DNA from: Nitrosopumilus sp.
GTDB taxonomy: Archaea > Thermoproteota > Nitrososphaeria > Nitrososphaerales > Nitrosopumilaceae
Direction of reading: 5' to 3'
NCBI GenBank assembly: GCA_965203315.1
Contig: OZ241857.1
Location: forward strand, 192,001 to 256,000
Length of the DNA: 64,000 bases
The number at the start of each line of letters is the position of its first letter. Positions within the stretch are counted from its first letter, which is position 1. This document shows, piece by piece, positions 31,442 through 42,882 of the stretch. The position numbers and the translations under genes are program-made. The notes under the pieces were generated by a model. The model was not told where the DNA came from, did not search any database, and saw only the letters and a list, made by a program, of their open reading frames with translations.

Positions 31442-32679
31442 ATAGGCTATTTGCAATCATATGTATCCTAGTTGTTGTGTCGTCTCTTGCTGGTTTGTAC
31501 GTCATAAACTCGGGCATACAGCTATTTGAAGATAGATCCGACTATGAGCCCAAAGATATTGTAACTGCAAATAATGAATTTGCCGTAAATTTTTTCAAAA
31601 CTATTTACAATGATCCCAAATACAAAGATAAAAATATCTTCTTCTCACCAACTAACATGATTGTTGCATTCTCAATGTTGTATGAAGGAGCTCGTGGTGA
31701 CACTGCAACACAGATGGAAGATTTATTTGGATTTGATCCCAATACCCAAAATCGACATAAAATTATCGCTGAATTAATGTCATCACTAAAGTCCAAAGAT
31801 CATAACACAACACTAACTCTGGCAAATGCTTTATGGATCCCAAAATGGTACGAGGTGTACGAACCATACGCAAATACCATGCGTCAGATATATCTGGCAG
31901 ATGTCGAGAATGTGAACTTTGGAGATCCAAATGATGGCATTACAAAAATCAATAACTGGGCAGACAATAAAACAAACGGAATGATTAAACAAATAATTGA
32001 TCCAAATGATGTGAATTATTTTATGCCTGCCATACTAAACAATGTAGCCTATTTTAATGGAACATGGCTAACTCCATTCTCTGAAGACGATACAACAAAG
32101 AAGATCTTTTTGTCAGGTACAAATGAGATCGAGATTGATTTTATGAATATTTTTTCACATAATTTCAACTATATTCGCGCAGAACTTTTTACAGGATTAC
32201 GACTTCCATATGACGATAACAGATTCTCGATGTTGATAATATTGCCTCGTTATGAGGGTCTAAATTTTGACTATGTACTAACCGCGACATTGATTAAAGA
32301 ATTGCAAGACGGACTATACGAAATTCCTGTCGGAGTATCTATACCAAAGTTTGAAATACAAACAAACTACTCAGTTGATTCTCTCTCAAATATGGGTATG
32401 TCTGATATATTTGATGAAAGGAAATCTAATCTGTCTGGTATTAAAGATATTAGTAAATTACCACGCAATTTTTATATCGCGTCAGCGACTCAAGATGCAT
32501 ATATCAAAATAGATGAAGGAATACAAGCATCTGAGGATTCTGCAATGTCAATAGTCTCTAACGAAGGGTATCCTCACGAAAACTTTGTTGCCAACTTTCC
32601 ATTTATTTTTTTAATACAGGATGATCAAAGTGGAGCTATACTGTTTATGGGCATGATAGTCGATCCAACTTTGGGTTGA
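31438..32679 (+). CDS. Serpin with atypical hinge
   Basis: NIFFSP, YFNGTW, SIPKF and PFIFLI..ILFMG motifs; ATGA overlap with the subtilase. Confidence 0.92.
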   Translation: MNRLFAIICILVVVSSLAGLYVINSGIQLFEDRSDYEPKDIVTANNEFAVNFFKTIYNDPKYKDKNIFFSPTNMIVAFSMLYEGARGDTATQMEDLFGFDPNTQNRHKIIAELMSSLKSKDHNTTLTLANALWIPKWYEVYEPYANTMRQIYLADVENVNFGDPNDGITKINNWADNKTNGMIKQIIDPNDVNYFMPAILNNVAYFNGTWLTPFSEDDTTKKIFLSGTNEIEIDFMNIFSHNFNYIRAELFTGLRLPYDDNRFSMLIILPRYEGLNFDYVLTATLIKELQDGLYEIPVGVSIPKFEIQTNYSVDSLSNMGMSDIFDERKSNLSGIKDISKLPRNFYIASATQDAYIKIDEGIQASEDSAMSIVSNEGYPHENFVANFPFIFLIQDDQSGAILFMGMIVDPTLG

Positions 32680-33033
32680 TCTGGCAATTAGTCATTTGAA
32701 TTGTATGAGACAGATTGAATATGGTTTAAGTCATGAATGTGTTGTATAGGTGCGATATGATTTGAATCCACAAAGCTCTGAACAACTCTGTAGAATGTTC
32801 TGTTCATTTACAGTTAACGCAAATGTGATCTTAAACCTATAAACAAAAATAGAAAGATCTATAAAGGGTATTAAAAATTAATAACCATTGCAAAATAAAA
32901 TTGAAAAATATGAACGAAAGTTTACAAAATACATTGAAGATAATAAAATTACAAAATGGTTAACCGAAATATCTTTTCCAATATCACAAAATTACAATGC
33001 CATGTATGGTACTTCTACAGTTTTTTCTCTCTT

Positions 33034-34546
33034 AGACACTATGCGTTACTCGTTTTGACCGAAACACTTAGATCGTAGGTCTAAAAATAGCAATCATTGG
33101 GTCAAAAAATCAGCAAACCAAGCAGACAAGTACTGCAACTACAGCAAAGAGTACGAGAGTTAGAACAAATTGTTAGTGAACTCGGTGAACGAGAAGAGCA
33201 AGAGACCAAAGATAGACCAAGTTTGTACAGACAAAAATCAGAGAGTATTAACAACTTTTGTGATAGGATCATATCGGACCCATCTTCTTTATACCGATTC
33301 ACAAAATGTGCCCCAATCTGTTTGAGATTTATCACACAGAATTTGTTCAATACATCAAAGATGAGCAAGTTAGAAAAAATCGCAACCACGTACTCAACAG
33401 ACAACGTAAAGAGAAACTAGATGATGAACCAAAGATACCACAATACTATGGTGTCAACGTCGGTCGAGGAAAGATATCGCTAGCAAACACGAGATCTACT
33501 CTCTTGATGGAGTTTATGTACACTCGAGGCGGTATGACCCAAGCAGTTATTGGAGACGTATTTGATATCAATCAAAGCAATGTCTCTAGACATATTAGAC
33601 ATGTACGTAGATTCCTGAATCAGTCTTGGACAAGACCAGAGGATATAGCAAAACAAATATCCAAATGCAGAACACTGGCAGAGCTGCGAGAGTGGATTCC
33701 TCGACTAGAGACTGCCATTGATGGAACTCACTTTGAGATAGATATACCATCAGATGACGAGTTGGAAGAGTTGGCACGCTCGGGTAAACTACGGAAACAT
33801 ACTTGTGTGATCGTACTACTAGTAAACAAGGAAAAGTTGATCCTAACTACGAGTCCACTATACTATGGTAGCGTACACGAGATGACTATACTCAAAGAAT
33901 GGAAATTGGGATTTGGTAAATGGGAGAAAAAGATGAGAGATCCATCAACTCCCCTCAAAGAGAGATTAAAGACACGTGGTGATGGTGCCTACGAGGGCGC
34001 TGAGAAGAAATTCCTTGGAACTAGATTCATTACGCCATTCAAAAAACCTCGTGGTGGCCAGCTTACCAAAGAACAGAAAGAGTTTAACAGAAAACACAGC
34101 TCAAAACGTGTAGGAGTTGAAAATTCAATAGGTGTGGTGAAACAGTATCGTCACATGCAACAACAAATTGAATGTGTTGAGCCTGATTTGGAAAAAAGAG
34201 TTCAAGAAATAGCAGCACTTGTAAACGCAGGCATATTATGGGACAAAAGACGCGATCGACCAACCGAGAGATTTAATCAGCTATTGCGTGCATATCATCG
34301 GCGTGCCAACAAATTGAGAAAGAGATGCGGCTAAAACACAACCAATGTGATGCCAAATACTATTGCCAGTTTACGATTTACTGTATTCCTGTACATTCGT
34401 GTACAATAACGCAACATTTTGATTGTATTTGCAAAGTTGAATGAGATATTCTAATTTTAGACACTTGTGTAATGACGATGACGCAATAACTTGTACGAAT
34501 TTCAACCAGCTTTGGTATCGTCGAAAACGACTAACGCATAATGTCT
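33034..34546 (+). mobile_element. IS5-family (ISL2/DDE_Tnp_4-like) element
   Basis: TIR AGACAYTATGCGTTA.TCGTTTT; TSD CTT. Confidence 0.9.
33097..34334 (+). CDS. Transposase split over two frames (33097-33420 and 33306-34334)
   Basis: IDGT, GDGAY and RVGVENSIG motifs; the joined product aligns by eye with the 36473 transposase. Confidence 0.8.
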
Positions 34547-34601
34547 CTTGTTTAAGTCGATAACGTCAAAAGCAAATATTGCAGATGTTGCAAATAATAA
34601 T

Positions 34602-35692
34602 GGCGATTGCTCATTTCGAGCCCCTAACTAAATATGACTAAATTTAGACGCAAGTCTTGATGGATTTGATATCTCTTCTTGAGATGAGAAATGATGGGTA
34701 TGCAATAATGAAATATTTGGAATCTCATAGTTCAGACAAGATCGTTTGTAAATTTTGTCAGTGCGATCAATACCATTACATGAAAAACAGAGATCGGTTA
34801 CGTTGTAAATTATGCAAAAAAGATTTCAGACCGTTTAACAAATCCAGATTTTCGTCACTCAAAATCTCATATTCAAAATGGCTGGTACTTGTCAAATTGT
34901 TTGAACTAGCTGTATCTGCAAGAGTTGCTGCAAAACAAGCAAGATTGTCTTACAATACGACACTCAAATCTTTTGATATTTTCAGGAGCGTGATTCTAAT
35001 GCAACTAAATGACGAATATCGAACATTAAAGGGCAAAATCGAAGCAGATGAGTCGTATTTTGGGGGTAAACGTAAAGGAAAACGAGGCCGCGGCGCCGGA
35101 AATAAGACTATCGTTTTTGGCATATTGCAGAGAGGTGGCAAGGTACGTGTTGACATTGTACCAGACGTCACAGCTAAAACTCTGCTTGAATCAACGATCA
35201 AGAAAGTAAAGAAGGGCAGCATGATAGGTTCTTTTAACTTAACGGGGGGTAAGATTAAGTTGTAGGTATTTCAAGAAACGCACTGTATGCAACTTAAAAC
35301 AGCAAAATCTACAATGGGTGTTCTAACCATTTTTCATGACTTGTAAAATTTTTAGAGAATGTTGCGTGAAAACTATCGACCCCCCGTTAAGTTAAAAGAA
35401 CCGCATGATATACACGGACAAGTGGAAAGGGTATGACACCTTGATCTTTCATGGATATGATCGAGAATCAGTTAATCATCAAAAGATCTTCGCAAAAGGC
35501 GATGTTCACATCAATGGAATGGAAGGGTTCTGGGGCTTTGCTAAATTGAACTTGGCAAAGTATCGAGGTGTGAGTTCAAAGAAATTCTTACTGTATCTCA
35601 AGGAGATGGAGTGGCGATACAATAACCGAGAATGCGATCTGTTTGATTTATTGGTACAATACATGCTTAGGGGCTCGAAATGAGCAATCGCC
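34602..35692 (+). mobile_element. IS1595-family element interrupted by MITE B2
   Basis: 26-bp TIR GGCGATTGCTCATTTCGAGCCCCTAA, flanking repeat TAATAAT. Transposase (Zn finger, EADESYFGG, IYTD, HINGMEGFW) split at 35227. Confidence 0.92.
35227..35402. mobile_element. MITE family B2 with 8-bp TSD
   Basis: GCATGATA on both sides. Confidence 0.92.
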
Positions 35693-35789
35693 TAATAATA
35701 AAGACAATGGTATGCCTACTGCTGAATGGGTTAGAACATTATTCATAAAAATGGTAAATGAATGTGATCCAGCAGCAATGTTTGATGGG

Positions 35790-35930
35790 AGACTGTATGC
35801 GTATTATTAAGAGTGTCCATGTCCGATCATCAAACACAATAACGATGAATCAACTTGCCTCTAGAAATCACACGTGTGTTTTATTGTACCTTAAAATGTG
35901 CGTATGATGTAAGAAATACGCATACAGTCT
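35790..35930. mobile_element. MITE family C
   Basis: Inverted copy of 7661-7801; flanks are unrelated to each other. Confidence 0.9.
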
Positions 35931-36285
35931 AAGAAGCCCAAAGGTGGGCAACTCACAAAAGAACAAGAGATATACAACAAAAAGATAGACAGTGAACGCG
36001 CCACAGTAGAACATGTAGTTGGATGTGTAAAGCAGTTCAAACTCTTGTTCAACATGTTCCGAGGAGATGACGACCAATACAACGATGCCTTCAAGATGGC
36101 ATCTACACTGGTCAACTATCACGTTCTTTGGGATCATGAACACGGCAGACCTAGTCCTAGATTAGAAGAGCTTGTTGCAGCATGGAGAGTAAAGATAAAC
36201 CGTAAAAAACAGACTAAACTAAAAAAGATGAAATTATCTCACCGCATAGTTGCGTAAATAATACGCACCAACATTGTGATTTATA

Positions 36286-37826
36286 GGAGTTCATGCGAAA
36301 GTCATTTTCAGGCACATATGATGTGTGATGGGTCAAATCTGACTAAATTCTCCGAGTTATTGCGGGTTTCGTGTATGTGAGGGGGAGTAAAAAATTAACC
36401 AAAAATAGAATACGCAACAAGACAATTTTTTAAGACACTCTATGGTAAATACTAATTTGAATAAACAAGAGTATGGCTAATCCGAACAAGGAACTAGTGC
36501 TTGAACAACGACTCAAAGCAGCCGAAGAACGTGCAGATATATCAGAAGAACAGCTCAAAGCAGCAAAAAAAGAACTCGAGCTCCCTCCATGTAAGAATAT
36601 CCTTAGCAATGAAAAGACTCTATGGGAGCATACAAAGCTGGATTTTGACATGTTTAACTTTTTGCTCGGCCTGTTTATAGAATGGATACCGGCAGCAGAT
36701 GTTCACAGACAGTTTCGTAATGTTCTCATAGTACGTGGAAGAATATCCAAACTAACTCCCGAGTATGCCATGCTCTTGGCAATTCTGAGGCTGGTGAGTG
36801 GTCACAGTCAGTGCCATCTTGCCAGTAGATTTGGTATAGATCAGAGTAATGTATCCCGGTACTGTACATACATGAATCAGTTTTTTCAAAGTTTGGGTTT
36901 TTCACCAGACGAGTTGGCAAATGTGATAAGTAAATGCAAGACAAAGAAAGAGCTTGCAAAATGGGTAAAGGATCACACATTCTTGTTCGATGGATCACAC
37001 ACTCGTGTTCCAACACCCGTAGATAGAGAGATACGCAATGACTACAAATCAGGCAAAAAAAAGATGCATACGGTAAATACGCTATTGATGTGTACAAAAG
37101 AGAGACTGATAGTACATGTGTCTCCTACGTTTCCTGGTAAGACACACGATTTCAGCATATTCAAAGAGCTCAAACTGAATCTTGGCAAGTGGTCCATGTC
37201 ATTAACAGATCCAAATACTCCACTTCGCCAAAGACTGTACATTCTAGTAGATCTGGGATTCCTAGGGATTCGAGATATCTTTGTAGGTGCAAAGATAGGC
37301 ATAAAATACAAGAAACCCAAAGGTGGGCAACTCACAAAAGAACAAGAGATATACAACAAAAAGATAGACAGTGAACGCGCCACAGTAGAACACGTAGTTG
37401 GATGTGTAAAGCAGTTTAAACTCTTGTTCAACATGTTCCGAGGAGATGACGACCAATACAACGCTGCCTTTAAGATGGCATCTACGCTGGTCAACTATCA
37501 CATTCTTTGGGATCATGAACACGGCAGACCTAGTCCTAGATTAGAAGAGCTTGTTGCAGCATGGAGAGTAAAGATAAACCGTAAAAAACAGGCTAAACTA
37601 AAAAAGATGAAATTATCTCACCGCATAGTTGCGTAAATAATACACAACAACATTGTGATTTATAGAATGATATTGTAAGATATCAAGGTATAATTCACTG
37701 TTTTGACTCTGCGTACATGTACAATTACACAATTCTACAGATCACAAACCTGAGATCACTTTATAATTTGGAATGTCTTTGTTGCTAGGCGTCCAGAGTC
37801 TTCAAAATGACTTTCGCATGAACTCC
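36286..37826 (+). mobile_element. Second IS5-family element (intact)
   Basis: 23-bp TIR GGAGTTCATGCGAAAGTCATTTT; TSD ATA. Confidence 0.92.
36473..37636 (+). CDS. DDE_Tnp_4-type transposase
   Basis: HTH plus FDGSH, VDLGF and RATVEHVVG motifs. Confidence 0.9.
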   Translation: MANPNKELVLEQRLKAAEERADISEEQLKAAKKELELPPCKNILSNEKTLWEHTKLDFDMFNFLLGLFIEWIPAADVHRQFRNVLIVRGRISKLTPEYAMLLAILRLVSGHSQCHLASRFGIDQSNVSRYCTYMNQFFQSLGFSPDELANVISKCKTKKELAKWVKDHTFLFDGSHTRVPTPVDREIRNDYKSGKKKMHTVNTLLMCTKERLIVHVSPTFPGKTHDFSIFKELKLNLGKWSMSLTDPNTPLRQRLYILVDLGFLGIRDIFVGAKIGIKYKKPKGGQLTKEQEIYNKKIDSERATVEHVVGCVKQFKLLFNMFRGDDDQYNAAFKMASTLVNYHILWDHEHGRPSPRLEELVAAWRVKINRKKQAKLKKMKLSHRIVA

Positions 37827-38162
37827 ATAGAATGATATTGTAAGATATCAAGGTATAATTCATTGTTTTACTCACTGCGTACATGTACAATTGCACAGAT
37901 CACAAACCTGAGATCACTATAATTTGGAATGTCTTTGTTGCTAGGCGTCCAGAGTCTTCAAAACGACTTTCGCATGAACTCCAATATCTGTAACATGGAC
38001 AGATGATGTTTTGTCATTGTTTGATACTTTGATACAATACAAATTACATCTGATTTTGTCCAAATGGATGTTTTCGCAAAAAAATTACTGTAATTTTTAT
38101 AATCAAATTGTATAATTTTGTTAATTATACTAATTCAAAAGTAATGAGAATATTGAAAGTGT

Positions 38163-38666
38163 ATGGGACGACCAAGAAAGAACGCGGCTAGTAAAACCAA
38201 AGCTGCTTCAACTGGTAAAAAGAGAGGCAGAAAACCCGGTACTAAAAACGCAAAGACACGAGGCAGAAAGCCCGGTACTAAAACCTCATCTGCAACTGGT
38301 AAAAAGAGAGGCAGAAAACCAGGTACTAAAAACGCAAAGACACGAGGCAGAAAGCCCGGTACTAAAACCTCATCTGCAACTGGTAAAAAGAGAGGCAGAA
38401 AACCCGGTACTAAAAACGCAAAGACACGAGGCAGAAAGCCCGGTACTAAAACCTCATCTGCAACTGGTAAAAAGAGAGGCAGAAAGCCCGGTACTAAAAC
38501 CTCATCTGCAACTGGTAAAAAGAGAGGCAGAAAACCAGGTACTAAAAACGCAAAGACACGAGGCAGAAAGCCCGGTACTAAAACCTCATCTGCAACTGGT
38601 AAAAAGAGAGGCAGAAAACCAGGTACTAAAAACGCAAAGACACGAGGCCGAAAGCCTAGCAAGTAA
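38163..38666 (+). CDS. Highly basic AT-hook-like repeat protein
   Basis: N-terminal GRPRK plus 11 RGRKP motifs in 36/48-bp tandem units; no acidic residues. Confidence 0.75.
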   Translation: MGRPRKNAASKTKAASTGKKRGRKPGTKNAKTRGRKPGTKTSSATGKKRGRKPGTKNAKTRGRKPGTKTSSATGKKRGRKPGTKNAKTRGRKPGTKTSSATGKKRGRKPGTKTSSATGKKRGRKPGTKNAKTRGRKPGTKTSSATGKKRGRKPGTKNAKTRGRKPSK

Positions 38667-39866
38667 TCATAAAATATCAATTCGTCTTCAAGACGGATTA
38701 TATTTTCTTTTTCTACTAGATGTAGTAGGTATGTGTATAGACGTACAAGGATGTTCAATCTCTGGTGTTTTAAACACGATACACTTTTAGTGCATGTTCA
38801 TTCTTGACACGTTCTATTCACAATCCATTCAACTTGTTGATGACTGGTGATTTGCTCTTTTAGATGTGGAGCCCAGTCGTTACATATACCATAAGATGTA
38901 GAACAATAGCAAGATGTGTGGATCGTATGCACACAATCAAAGTTTATCTCCTGTTGCCTGAACTAGAGTATTGTCCAACACTGCTCAATAGTATTGACAT
39001 ACTATAGTGACAAGATAAATTAATTTCAGTATCAACTATTTTTGACATCATAAGTTATGAATTAATGTGTTCTAGACATTACAATGGCATCAAAAAAGAG
39101 ATCTGTCAATACTTCAAAGACATCTAAATCGCCCAGACGATGGTCTGGATCACAGAGAAAAATACTCAAGAAGGGTCTTAAGAAAAGAAAACACCAACAC
39201 ATACGACACAAAGTCATAGCTCTCAAGATGATCATAGTCGATGGCTGTACAGTAGCACTTGCTGCAAAATCTGTTGGGGTAACAGAACGTACAGTATACA
39301 ATTGGCTCAATCTGTTTAGCGAAAAGGCTCTTTTTGGGCTGGAAGACAAGGGAGGTCGTGGAAGAAAACCCAAGATACCTGACGAAACATATGAGCAAAT
39401 CCTAGACACTCAAGAAAGAACAACACCTAGAGACATGTACAAGTTACTTTTAGACGAGACAGGTGTAAGACAACACTTTGATACGATAAGAAAGAGGATG
39501 AAAAAGTTAGGGTGGTCAAGGAAACGTTCACAAACGGCATACAGAAATCGAGCTAAACCTCCAGAGATCAAAGCATTCCGTAAAAGGGTACTGTCCATGT
39601 ATGGACATCTCAAGAAGAAAGGTTGGAAACTGTTTGCAATGGACGAGACAATCTTGACGTTAGAAACCAAGAACGGTGCTAAATTCTGGACCAAAATAGG
39701 CAGGCCTGTATATGCTACCTCAAAGGGGTCACGTGATAAAGTGATCGTAATGGGGGCAATAGGTCAAGGTAGAGTGCAATACTTTGAGATAGTAGAGAGT
39801 ACAAACAAGGCATGTTTCTTGGAGTTTCTGAAAAACCTGTACAAACGCTTTCAAAAAGTGGTAAGA

Positions 39867-41205
39867 TATTATCCATGTGAATAGCTTATAAAGATTTACT
39901 CTGATTCACGACTATTGTGCATAGCATACGCTAGGGATGTGTTCCCATGTAAAGGACTGCGAACATATATCCATTCGAGTGGTTAACTCACTATCATTCT
40001 TCGTCCATTCGTCAAAATCTGTACATTTAGGTCGCCGAGTGATATCTCAAATATCTTCCGTACGTTAATGATTTCGACTACAATGTGTGACATAATCATC
40101 CCTATCTATAAGCATATGGTACATCAATCGTAGTAGTTTGGAGGCAGTTGCAACAGTTGCTTTGCTTACCGCGCGTCTCTTTTTAATTCTGTTATGAAAT
40201 TTTGTAATGTAACTATGGGGCTCACATTTTATGTGTACATGAACTGCTTCGGTCAATGCCCATCTAAGCATTTTATCACCTTTCCTCGTTATATGTCCAT
40301 GATTTTGTTTACCAGCTGAATTACGAACAGATGGTACTATTCCTGCATACGAACATATCTTACGAACAGTTGGGAATCTCTTGACATCTCCAATACTAGA
40401 TATTACAACAAGTGCAACAAAGTTTCCAACTCCGGGAATCGTCTTTAACAACTGTGCATCTTGTGATCTCTTTACCTCCTCACGCATTTTAATATCCAAT
40501 TGTCTAATCATTTCTTCATGGCAAGTTATCATATCTAGATAGTTGTCTATTCTATAATCCTCAAGTTTCTTCAATTCCTCTCTAAATGACTTGCTAAAAC
40601 TTGAACCAGGTATTTTAATCCCATATTGCAGTAATATCCCATGTATGAGATTCTTGTATTTTGTTCTACTCTTTACAATTACATCCCTATGTCGAACCAA
40701 CTGTTTTAATTTAACAGTGTATTCACTAGGAACAAAACAAGGCGAGATATAATTTCCTCTTAAAAGATCTGCCAGTGTCCATGCATCCACCTTGTCTGTC
40801 TTTTTCTTTGATTCGGCAATAGCCTTTGTTTGATATGGATTCGATAGTACTACATCAAATCCCAATTCATCTGTCAAGTATCTATACAGCCAATACCATA
40901 CTGACGATGACTCCATCACACAACGTGTATTGAGTGGTGTAAATTGTGCAAAGAATTTTTTGAGACTGTCATGATCTGTAGCAACACGCTCATTGAGTAT
41001 ACGCTTGCCATCCTGATCCATTGCTGCAATTTGCAGAAACCTCTTGTGTGCATCTATTCCGATATAGATCATCTTGTTTTTCTTTTTTAGATGGGTAATC
41101 TGTTCGTTTGCATTTTCTCTTTTAGATCGCTTTACAGGTGATCGCTTGGATCGACTCACATACCTTCTATCATCTGAATGTACTCTGATCGGCTTCTTCA
41201 CATAT
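39867..41205 (-). mobile_element. IS110/IS1111-type element, copy 1
   Basis: 1339-bp inverted near-duplicate of 42883-44221. Confidence 0.92.
40065..41201 (-). CDS. IS110-family DEDD recombinase
   Basis: IGIDAHK, VMES, KTDKVDA, IPGVG and RNSAG motifs; real start may be MIYIGID. Confidence 0.93.
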   Translation of the reverse strand: MKKPIRVHSDDRRYVSRSKRSPVKRSKRENANEQITHLKKKNKMIYIGIDAHKRFLQIAAMDQDGKRILNERVATDHDSLKKFFAQFTPLNTRCVMESSSVWYWLYRYLTDELGFDVVLSNPYQTKAIAESKKKTDKVDAWTLADLLRGNYISPCFVPSEYTVKLKQLVRHRDVIVKSRTKYKNLIHGILLQYGIKIPGSSFSKSFREELKKLEDYRIDNYLDMITCHEEMIRQLDIKMREEVKRSQDAQLLKTIPGVGNFVALVVISSIGDVKRFPTVRKICSYAGIVPSVRNSAGKQNHGHITRKGDKMLRWALTEAVHVHIKCEPHSYITKFHNRIKKRRAVSKATVATASKLLRLMYHMLIDRDDYVTHCSRNH

Positions 41206-41299
41206 GGTTAGGTCAAGAAATGTAGGTCAAGAAATGTAAACTAAAAGGACAACTTTATGCGATATCCTAACTTAAACACCGCCTTTACCAACTAGAGTC

Positions 41300-42880
41300 A
41301 TGTCTAAGATTCTTGCGTACCAAGAGCAGATAGCCACTCTAAAGGCAGAGAAACAAGCAATGGCTAAGGAGATGACACAGCTAAAGAATGCCAAGAAAGA
41401 GAGTGACGCAGCAGTCGAATCTCTTCAAACACAACTAGCACAAAAGAGCAAGAACATGCTAAAGGTGTACAAGATTTTGATTACTGCACTGCTAGGACTC
41501 CAAGTATCACCTAATGCAATAGTTGCATGCATCACTGCGTTTAAGAAAGTGATTAACATTATTGAACGTGAAGAAAATTTATCCAAGACCAAGATTCGTA
41601 ACACCAAAAAGAAGATAGATGACAAACAAGAAAAGATTAAAGCTCAAACAGAACAGGCCAAAGAGAAAGAGAAACTAGGAGAGATTTCTAATAATCCTAA
41701 TACTCCACAATCTCGAAAACCAAAATCGGGTACAAAAAAAGTAAAACTAGTAACCGTACCAAAACCGGTAGGACGACCAAAGGGATATGATGGAATCACA
41801 CACGATATATCTGCAGACGAGATCGTACCACATAAAAAAGAACAATGTGATGATTGTGGAAGTCAAGATATGACAAACGTGTTCGCTGGACACACAATAT
41901 CTATGGATTTAGAGTGCAATATCAAAGTCATAATGCATAACGGATACAAATATGCCTGCAATTGTTGTGGCAGTGCAGGTAACACGCTAGATAACATACC
42001 AGACGTATTAAACAATACAATGCTAGGCGTGAATTTAGGCTGTATGGCGACTATAATGAGAGAGTGTGGCAGCAGTATAAAGTCAATAACTACATCTTTA
42101 CAGTGTTTGGATCCACGCATCTCTCACAACATGGTAACTGGAGCAATAAACGAGGTTGGCGACAGACTCAAAAAAGAAGCGGACAAGATTGCAGAACGCA
42201 ACCAAAAGTCAAGATATACACACATGGACGAGACATCACTATCTCTTTTAGCAGCATTGGGATGGGTTTGGGTGTTGGTAGGTGATTACGGTACGCAATT
42301 TATGATAGGACCATCACGTGGAAAGAAATTCCTAAAAGAGAATTTTGGAAAATATGTCTACATACCACTCGTATGTGATGGATATTCGGTGTATTTTTTG
42401 TTTAAAATACGGCAGCGGTGTTGGGCGCACGTATTGCGACACGCGGAAAGTGCAGTGTGTGATGTACGTACATTAATGATGTTTCGGAGGTTGCATGCAC
42501 TATTTGAGATTGCCACTCGACTACAAGCAAAGGATCCCAATTGCGTAGACCTATATCTCAAATATGCGGTAGATGATCTCATACGCGAGACGTTGCGGCT
42601 TGCAGCTGCATACAAAAAGATGGATATCAAATTTGGTACTCATCTAGAGAATGCTGCACATGAACTGTACACATTCGTGACACATCCGGGCATGGAGCCA
42701 ACAAACAATCGGGCAGAACGTGCTCTGAGAAGGCTCGTGCTATTCCGCAAGACGTGTCAACATGTCGTATCTGAGAAAGGTAGACAACGATTGAGTTCAA
42801 TCTTTACATGTATAACAACATGGAGGCAACAAGGACTCAATCCATACGAAGAAATGCTAAGAGTTGTGCGTGAGACCTAA
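41300..42880 (+). CDS. IS66-family transposase
   Basis: Coiled coil, Zn finger, MDET, CDGY, QRCWAH and TNNRAER motifs. Confidence 0.92.
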   Translation: MSKILAYQEQIATLKAEKQAMAKEMTQLKNAKKESDAAVESLQTQLAQKSKNMLKVYKILITALLGLQVSPNAIVACITAFKKVINIIEREENLSKTKIRNTKKKIDDKQEKIKAQTEQAKEKEKLGEISNNPNTPQSRKPKSGTKKVKLVTVPKPVGRPKGYDGITHDISADEIVPHKKEQCDDCGSQDMTNVFAGHTISMDLECNIKVIMHNGYKYACNCCGSAGNTLDNIPDVLNNTMLGVNLGCMATIMRECGSSIKSITTSLQCLDPRISHNMVTGAINEVGDRLKKEADKIAERNQKSRYTHMDETSLSLLAALGWVWVLVGDYGTQFMIGPSRGKKFLKENFGKYVYIPLVCDGYSVYFLFKIRQRCWAHVLRHAESAVCDVRTLMMFRRLHALFEIATRLQAKDPNCVDLYLKYAVDDLIRETLRLAAAYKKMDIKFGTHLENAAHELYTFVTHPGMEPTNNRAERALRRLVLFRKTCQHVVSEKGRQRLSSIFTCITTWRQQGLNPYEEMLRVVRET

Positions 42881-42882
42881 CC

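Larger units (their letters stand above)
32811..35789 (+). pseudogene. ISH3-like element remnant hosting two inserted ISs
   Basis: Removing both ISs and one TSD each restores the frame ..ISQNYNAMY..SLLFKSITSK..GMPTAEWVR, similar to the N-termini of the 6332 and 58956 transposases. Confidence 0.7.
35931..37982 (+). pseudogene. 5'-truncated copy of the second IS5-family element (outer copy)
   Basis: 35931-36285 duplicates the transposase 3' end; 37827-37982 duplicates the right end with its TIR. Confidence 0.85.

Noticed and set aside
38135-38758. 207-aa hydrophobic repeat ORF on the minus strand
   Set aside because: Antisense shadow of the basic repeat protein.
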